DNA of 64,000 bases, taken from positions 1,537 through 65,536 of the forward strand of contig JBBTQW010000002.1 in NCBI GenBank assembly GCA_038065495.1, written 5' to 3'. Below the pieces are notes generated by a model. The model had not been told where the DNA came from and ran no database searches. It saw only the letters and a program-made list of their open reading frames with translations. Positions 58,771 to 64,000 of the stretch are shown here, in pieces. Origin of the DNA: Patescibacteria group bacterium (GTDB lineage: Bacteria; Patescibacteriota; Minisyncoccia; Phycocordibacterales; JACOZG01). Within the stretch, counting starts at the first letter, position 1, and every line of letters starts with the position of its first letter. The translations under genes were made by a program, and so were the position numbers.

Positions 58771-59529
58771 GTGAACAATTCAGAAACTATGCGTAGAGAT
58801 TTTATTATAATTGGGGTAGTGATTCTCTTTTTCTTGCTTGGGTTTTTCTGGTGGAGTGGCGTCAACGTAGACGAACAAACACCAGTAGGTATGGACAATA
58901 AAAGCGTTATAACTGAGAAATTTACAATTTCCGCTACCAAAGTGGGTACGCATTCTACGGTTTTTAAAAAGTACGCTTCGGGTAAGGTCGAGGCAGTATT
59001 AGAATTTGAAGAAGCGATTGCCGCTGATGATTCTGGAAATTATTGGGCCAGTTTACCAGCAAATGTCGCATCCACACCTGATTCCAGCAAATTGGCTTAT
59101 ATTGATACACAAGGATTAAAGATCCGAAGTCTAGATGATGCTCAAGATGTTATTCTGGTTGAAAAACTAGGAGAATCTAGGGATACGATAAAGGGGTATC
59201 ATAATTGGAACCCGTCTATGGGGAATGCTAGTTCGATCCATAAACCACGCTGGTCATCAAACGGTAAATATATCTCTTTCTTGATTGCTCAGTATGAGGG
59301 ATCTAGACTAGGGGTGATCGATATTGCTGAGCGTAAACTCACATTTGGTCCCAGGAGCGGGCGACAGACTTGGTCTAGGGTTGGTAACAGTTTACTGTTG
59401 ATCTCTAGTTCTAATGACTGTGACGGATGTGAAAATAAAGTTTTAGTTTTAGATGCAGAAACTGGGAAAATGCGAGAGATGGCTAAGGAAGTACTTAGAC
59501 TGGTAGAAAAAGACTATTTACCAGAATAA
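58771..59529 (+). CDS. membrane-anchored extracytoplasmic protein, possible beta-propeller (TolB/PD40-like)
   Basis: N-terminal TM helix and repetitive beta-rich segments. Weak by-eye call. Confidence 0.3.
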   Translation: MNNSETMRRDFIIIGVVILFFLLGFFWWSGVNVDEQTPVGMDNKSVITEKFTISATKVGTHSTVFKKYASGKVEAVLEFEEAIAADDSGNYWASLPANVASTPDSSKLAYIDTQGLKIRSLDDAQDVILVEKLGESRDTIKGYHNWNPSMGNASSIHKPRWSSNGKYISFLIAQYEGSRLGVIDIAERKLTFGPRSGRQTWSRVGNSLLLISSSNDCDGCENKVLVLDAETGKMREMAKEVLRLVEKDYLPE

Positions 59530-59592
59530 AAAAACGGACAAGCATTTGTGGTGCCTGTCCGTTGTTATTGTCTAAAACTTTCTTACACCAGA

Positions 59593-60489
59593 TCAAGGTT
59601 TGTTTGTGGAAGGATAGTAAGCATAGCGCAATCCGTCAGAACATTGCGTCTTGAAGTAGGAAAACGGGTGTCCTTCAAGCGTCACGAGTTCCATGCCCGG
59701 AGTATCCTGGGCGCCGCTCTCATTCTTTCGTACCGCAAAATGCATATGAGTTCCCTTGGATTCGCCGGTATTTCCAACAACGCCGATTTGAGTACCCGTG
59801 GTCACGTATTGCCCAGGAGTTACCGTCAAGCTGCCATCTTTAAGATGTAGGTACCTCGTAGTGTAGCCGTCCCCATGGTCAATGACGATATAATTACCGT
59901 TACCAACCACTGGGGGCACGGCAAGGACCATTCCATCAGCAGCAGCGCCGACCGGGACATCAAAACCTTGTTCAACCACTCCTGCGACATAGTAGGAGTC
60001 ATCAAAATCTAAAGAATAATAGTTTATTCCGGCATGGTATGGGTCAGGGACGCTTGAAGCGCAGTCGGTGCCTCCAGCTTCCGTAGTTAGTAGCCAGCTC
60101 TTGCCGCCAGGTAGTGGCATTTTGAGAGCCAGCCCACCGGGCGGAAGCACGCCTTGCCCACCTCCTTCGGGATAGTAAACCGCATAAGCCATCGGCCCAA
60201 GACAAAGTGACTTTTGATCACGACAACGTTCATCGCCCGCACAAACCTGCTCCACTATCTGAATGAGAGCATTCATGACTTCTGCGTAGCTAACACCCGC
60301 TGTCTTTATCTCCGAGATTATTTGCCACAAATCGTCAGTGCCAGCCTTGGTAAAGCCAGCGTTGCTACAAGTGGCATAGGCCAGATCCTTTTTGGAATAC
60401 AGTTCATCGAGCTTAGTGCCACAACCGGAGAAGCTGATCGTGATAAAGGGCAAGATCAACAAACTTTTCCTCCACATTTTCCTCATCAT
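59593..60489 (-). CDS. M23 family metallopeptidase (LytM-like), lipoprotein
   Basis: Signal/lipobox ..ITISFSGC, M23 motifs HGDGYTTRYLHL and GNTGESKGTHMHFAV. Confidence 0.8.
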   Translation of the reverse strand: MMRKMWRKSLLILPFITISFSGCGTKLDELYSKKDLAYATCSNAGFTKAGTDDLWQIISEIKTAGVSYAEVMNALIQIVEQVCAGDERCRDQKSLCLGPMAYAVYYPEGGGQGVLPPGGLALKMPLPGGKSWLLTTEAGGTDCASSVPDPYHAGINYYSLDFDDSYYVAGVVEQGFDVPVGAAADGMVLAVPPVVGNGNYIVIDHGDGYTTRYLHLKDGSLTVTPGQYVTTGTQIGVVGNTGESKGTHMHFAVRKNESGAQDTPGMELVTLEGHPFSYFKTQCSDGLRYAYYPSTNKP

Positions 60490-60617
60490 TTCGTCACACA
60501 GACCTTTCTAGAACGCTTTTGGGCGTTCGTTTGTAAGAGTGTTTTTAGTTTATTAAATTGACAAGCAACGAGGGAGACTATTTTAAGTATAAATTAAATC
60601 TGTTATGATGTAGACAA

Positions 60618-61595
60618 ATGTCTGTGGATAAAAAGATTTTATTGTCGGGTGTCAAGCCAACAGGGCAAGTGCATATTGGTAATTATTTCGGCGCCATGCG
60701 GCAGTTTGTGGATTTGCAAGATAATTATCAGGCTTTTGTGATGCTGGCCGACTACCACGCGCTCACGACCAATCAAGATCCAGCTCAACTGCGCACGGAT
60801 ATTATGCACTTGGTAGCGAGTTATCTCGCGATTGGTCTGGATCCAGAAAAAGTCGTGCTTTTTAAGCAATCAGATGTGCCAGCCCACACCGAGCTAGCTT
60901 GGATCTTCAACTGTCTCACCACGATGCCATATCTCATGCGCGCGCATGCTTATAAAGACGCTGAAGCGAAGAATAAAGAGGTGAGTGTCGGCCTTTTTGA
61001 TTATCCACTTCTCATGTCAGCCGATATTCTGCTTTATTCGCCAGACGTCGTCCCAGTTGGTCTTGATCAGAAACAGCACTTAGAAATAGCGCGCGACACA
61101 GCTGAGAAATTCAACAGAGTTTATGGCGAGACTTTTAATTTACCTGAGCCAGTTATCTTAGAAAATGTAAAAACCGTGATTGGCTTGGACGGTCAGAAAA
61201 TGAGCAAGAGTTATCGCAATACGATTCCACTTTTTGCCAGCGAGAAAGAGCTGAGACAACTCGTGATGAGTATCAAAACTGACTCTAAAACAGAATCCGA
61301 GCCGAAGAATCCGGAAGAATGTAATGTTTTTGCGCTACATAAATTATTTAGTGAAAAAGATTTAGCTGATCTGAAAAAACGTTATGTGGAAGGTCAGATT
61401 GGTTATAAAGAAAGCAAAGAAATCTTAGCAACGAATATGAATAGCTATCTTGCGCCAATGCGCGAGAAGTATGAAAATTTAATTCAAGATTCTGGTAAAC
61501 TCGTGCAGATTCTGGAAGATGGCGCCAAGAAAGCACGCGAGATTGCTGACAAGAAGATGCAAGGAGTGAAGAGAAAAGTTGGCGTGAGTTTTTAA
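60618..61595 (+). CDS. trpS: tryptophanyl-tRNA synthetase
   Basis: Class I motifs: HIGN-like (TGQVHIGNYFGA) and KMSKS (GQKMSKS). Confidence 0.9.
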   Translation: MSVDKKILLSGVKPTGQVHIGNYFGAMRQFVDLQDNYQAFVMLADYHALTTNQDPAQLRTDIMHLVASYLAIGLDPEKVVLFKQSDVPAHTELAWIFNCLTTMPYLMRAHAYKDAEAKNKEVSVGLFDYPLLMSADILLYSPDVVPVGLDQKQHLEIARDTAEKFNRVYGETFNLPEPVILENVKTVIGLDGQKMSKSYRNTIPLFASEKELRQLVMSIKTDSKTESEPKNPEECNVFALHKLFSEKDLADLKKRYVEGQIGYKESKEILATNMNSYLAPMREKYENLIQDSGKLVQILEDGAKKAREIADKKMQGVKRKVGVSF

Positions 61596-61608
61596 AATTA
61601 AATAAACA

Positions 61609-63366
61609 ATGGCAAAAGCGTTAGGCAAAAAAGACTATATCAATGGTCTTAAGACCATTTTTTCTTATCTTGGCCATCATCGGCAGAAGATTATCCAGCT
61701 ATCGGTGCTGGCGGTTTTATTGTCTTTGGCAAATGGTTTTGCACCACTTGTCACGGGTAAATTATTCGACAGCGTTGTCCAGCAAGATAATAAAGTTTGG
61801 TTCTTTTTGATTGGCTGGTTTGCTTTATTGCTGGTATCAAATGTTGCGGATCAGATCAGAGCTTTTCGCAGCGACACTCTAGGACGAAGATTGTACACGG
61901 ATTACATTCTTAAAGCTTATAATTATCTTTTAGACTTACCATTATCGTTTCATAAAAAAAGAAAAATTGGCGCAATAATTAATACCACCCAAACTAGCGC
62001 GGCGGCACTGGAAGATATCTCTAGCAACACTATTTCCAACCTAATACCGCAGTTCTTGAGCATTCTCGTCGCGACAATTGTTACTTTCTTCATTAATTAT
62101 TGGCTTGGGTTAGTGATGTTTGCTGGTGTGGCGGCTTATTGTGTTGTCTTGATTCGAACTCTCGGACCAAGTGCAATGCTCCAACGAAAAAGTCGCAAGG
62201 CTTGGCAAGGAGCTTGGCGCACTGCTCACGATAGTATTGATAATGTGTACTCGGTTAAACAAATGGCGGCAGAAAATTATGAGCAACAGAAAAATAAAAA
62301 GAATTTAGTAGACCGAGCCCTCGGTAGTCAGTTGAAAATTTATCAACTGATGAATGGTTTGAGACTCAAGCAAAAAGTAATTATTATCTCCACCCAGGCA
62401 GTTGTTTTCTTTCTTGCTATTATTTTTATCCAGCATGGCGGGATGACGATCGGCGAATTGATCACGCTTAATGCTTATAGTGGCATGTTGTTTGGACCGT
62501 TTATTATTCTCGGTAATCACTGGCGCAGTATTGAGAATGGCATGATCGCTTTAGAAGAATCAGAAAAAGTTTTGCAATTGCCAACAGAGAAATATATTCC
62601 AGAAAACTTAGTTAAGCTAGATAAATTTGCGGGCCAGATTGAGTTTAAGAATGTCAGTTTTTATTACGAGAAGCAAAAGTCAGTCTTGAAGAATATAAAT
62701 TTTCAGGTTAAACCGGGCGAAGTGGTGGCGCTGGTTGGAGAATCTGGCGTAGGCAAGAGTACGCTGATAGATTTGCTCTCTGGCTATAACTTCGCGAGAA
62801 CCGGGCAAGTGCTGATTGACGGCGTGAATATCAAGCGTTTAGATCTCAAAAAACTGCGCAGTCAGATTGCTGTAGTGCCGCAAGAAGTTGTTTTATTTTC
62901 TGACACAATTGAGACTAATATTAAATATGGCAATTTCGACGCGAGTAGAAAAGAAGTCGAAGAAGCAGCTAAGCTGGCTCACGCTTTAGATTTTATAAAC
63001 CGAATGCCGAAAAAGTGGAAGCAGATTGTGGGAGAGCGTGGTTATAAGTTATCTGTTGGGGAAAAGCAACGCGTGGCGATTGCCAGAGCGATCTTGCGCG
63101 ATCCAAAAATTTTGATTCTTGATGAGCCGACTAGTGCATTGGATGCTAAATCAGAAAAGATTATTCAGGAGTCGCTGGAGGAACTGATGAAGAATCGCAC
63201 GACTTTCATCATCGCGCACAGATTAAGTACAGTTAGAAGAGCCGATAAGATTCTCGTCTTTAAAGACGGCGAAATTGTGGAAACTGGTAAACATGATGAG
63301 TTGCTAAAAATCGAGAACGGCGTCTATCGGCACTTGTACGAACTCCAGATTGGCCTGCATCAGTAA
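61609..63366 (+). CDS. ABC transporter, fused permease/ATPase exporter (MsbA-like)
   Basis: Six-TM N-terminal domain, Walker A GESGVGKST, signature LSVGEKQRVAIARAIL, Walker B ILILDEPTSALD. Confidence 0.9.
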   Translation: MAKALGKKDYINGLKTIFSYLGHHRQKIIQLSVLAVLLSLANGFAPLVTGKLFDSVVQQDNKVWFFLIGWFALLLVSNVADQIRAFRSDTLGRRLYTDYILKAYNYLLDLPLSFHKKRKIGAIINTTQTSAAALEDISSNTISNLIPQFLSILVATIVTFFINYWLGLVMFAGVAAYCVVLIRTLGPSAMLQRKSRKAWQGAWRTAHDSIDNVYSVKQMAAENYEQQKNKKNLVDRALGSQLKIYQLMNGLRLKQKVIIISTQAVVFFLAIIFIQHGGMTIGELITLNAYSGMLFGPFIILGNHWRSIENGMIALEESEKVLQLPTEKYIPENLVKLDKFAGQIEFKNVSFYYEKQKSVLKNINFQVKPGEVVALVGESGVGKSTLIDLLSGYNFARTGQVLIDGVNIKRLDLKKLRSQIAVVPQEVVLFSDTIETNIKYGNFDASRKEVEEAAKLAHALDFINRMPKKWKQIVGERGYKLSVGEKQRVAIARAILRDPKILILDEPTSALDAKSEKIIQESLEELMKNRTTFIIAHRLSTVRRADKILVFKDGEIVETGKHDELLKIENGVYRHLYELQIGLHQ

Positions 63367-63389
63367 AAATGTTATAAATTAGCTTACTT

Positions 63390-64000
63390 ATGATAAACAG
63401 AACGCTAATTAGTGATTTGACGGAAAAAGTTGGGCAAGAGGTGACTCTGGCTGGGTGGGTGGATGTGCGCCGCGACCATGGCAAGTTGATCTTTATTGAC
63501 TTGCGGGACAGCACGGGCAAAGTGCAAATGGTCGTAATTCCTGCCCGGGCTAGCCAAGACGGGCCTGCTAAATCTAGCCCAGATGAGCCTAAAAATGGCC
63601 CTGGTGAGGCCTACGAGGCCGCTACGCGCCTGCGCCCGGAGTGGGTGGTAAAAGTGACTGGTTTGGTGCAAAAACGGCCAGAAAAGCTAATAAACGCCAA
63701 CGAGGCTAATGGCACAATTGAGCTGCAAGTGAGCGAAATTGAGGTCTTAAACCAGGCCGAGACTCTACCTTTCCCAATCGACAGTGACACACGCGAAGTA
63801 AGCGAAAATTCGCGACTAAAATATCGTTATCTCGATCTGCGCAGTGCGCGCTTGCAGAAGAATATCCGAATGCGCGACAAGATTATTTCTTTCTTTCGGG
63901 ATTACTTACACCAGAATGACTTCGTCGAAATTGAGACGCCAATATTGATGAAAGGCACGCCCGAAGGTTCGCGGGAATATGTAGTGCCGTCCCGCCTCTG
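63390..64000 (+). CDS. aspS: aspartyl-tRNA synthetase (5' partial, runs off the window)
   Basis: Hand translation: MINRTLISDLTEKVGQEVTLAGWVDVRRDHGKLIFIDLRDSTGKVQMVV.. (OB-fold anticodon-binding) and later FVEIETPILMKGTPEGSREYVVPSR (class II motif 1 region). Confidence 0.85.
   Translation, partial: MINRTLISDLTEKVGQEVTLAGWVDVRRDHGKLIFIDLRDSTGKVQMVVIPARASQDGPAKSSPDEPKNGPGEAYEAATRLRPEWVVKVTGLVQKRPEKLINANEANGTIELQVSEIEVLNQAETLPFPIDSDTREVSENSRLKYRYLDLRSARLQKNIRMRDKIISFFRDYLHQNDFVEIETPILMKGTPEGSREYVVPSRL

Overview
The window is a dense, mostly plus-strand stretch of informational genes from what looks like a small-genome bacterium. Compact ThrRS/AlaRS/SMC, Lys-rich tails on RpoD and S16, and weak Shine-Dalgarno sites suggest a Patescibacteria/CPR-like organism. 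This is inference only; no database search was possible. Identifiable genes are gyrB, thrS, dnaE, rnhB, rpmF, a nusB-NUDIX fusion, rnc, smc, an AT-rich R-M island (two beta-class DNA MTases flanking a putative REase), rnr, rpsP, a KH protein, trmD, rpoB, rpoC, dnaG, rpoD, a DsbA-like protein, alaS, the infA-rpmJ-rpsM-rpsK-rpsD-rpoA-rplQ-rplM-rpsI block, grpE-dnaK-dnaJ, a low-GC five-gene operon (MIO ammonia-lyase/aminomutase-like, ThiF/E1-like, PaaK-like adenylating enzyme, nitroreductase-like protein, unknown), a histidine kinase, an M23 peptidase, trpS, an ABC exporter and the 5' part of aspS. No tRNA or rRNA genes were seen. The stand-out locus is 20062..24140, sitting between the KH gene and trmD. 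It holds a small basic protein gene under a consensus promoter, followed by five tandem ~400-nt units. Each unit (except U1) has its own TTTACA-N17-(TG)TAGTCT-like promoter and an intrinsic terminator, and all five contain conserved helices with compensatory base changes and UUCG/GNRA tetraloops, so they look like structured ncRNAs. These conserved stems enclose hypervariable loops that differ in every copy. An IS110-family-like (DEDD/Tnp_20-like) recombinase gene sits between copies 2 and 3 and is followed by a partial copy of the RNA 3' module. I read this as a candidate array of programmable, bridge-RNA-like structured RNAs linked to an IS110-like, possibly domesticated, recombinase. That reading is an inference and needs testing.
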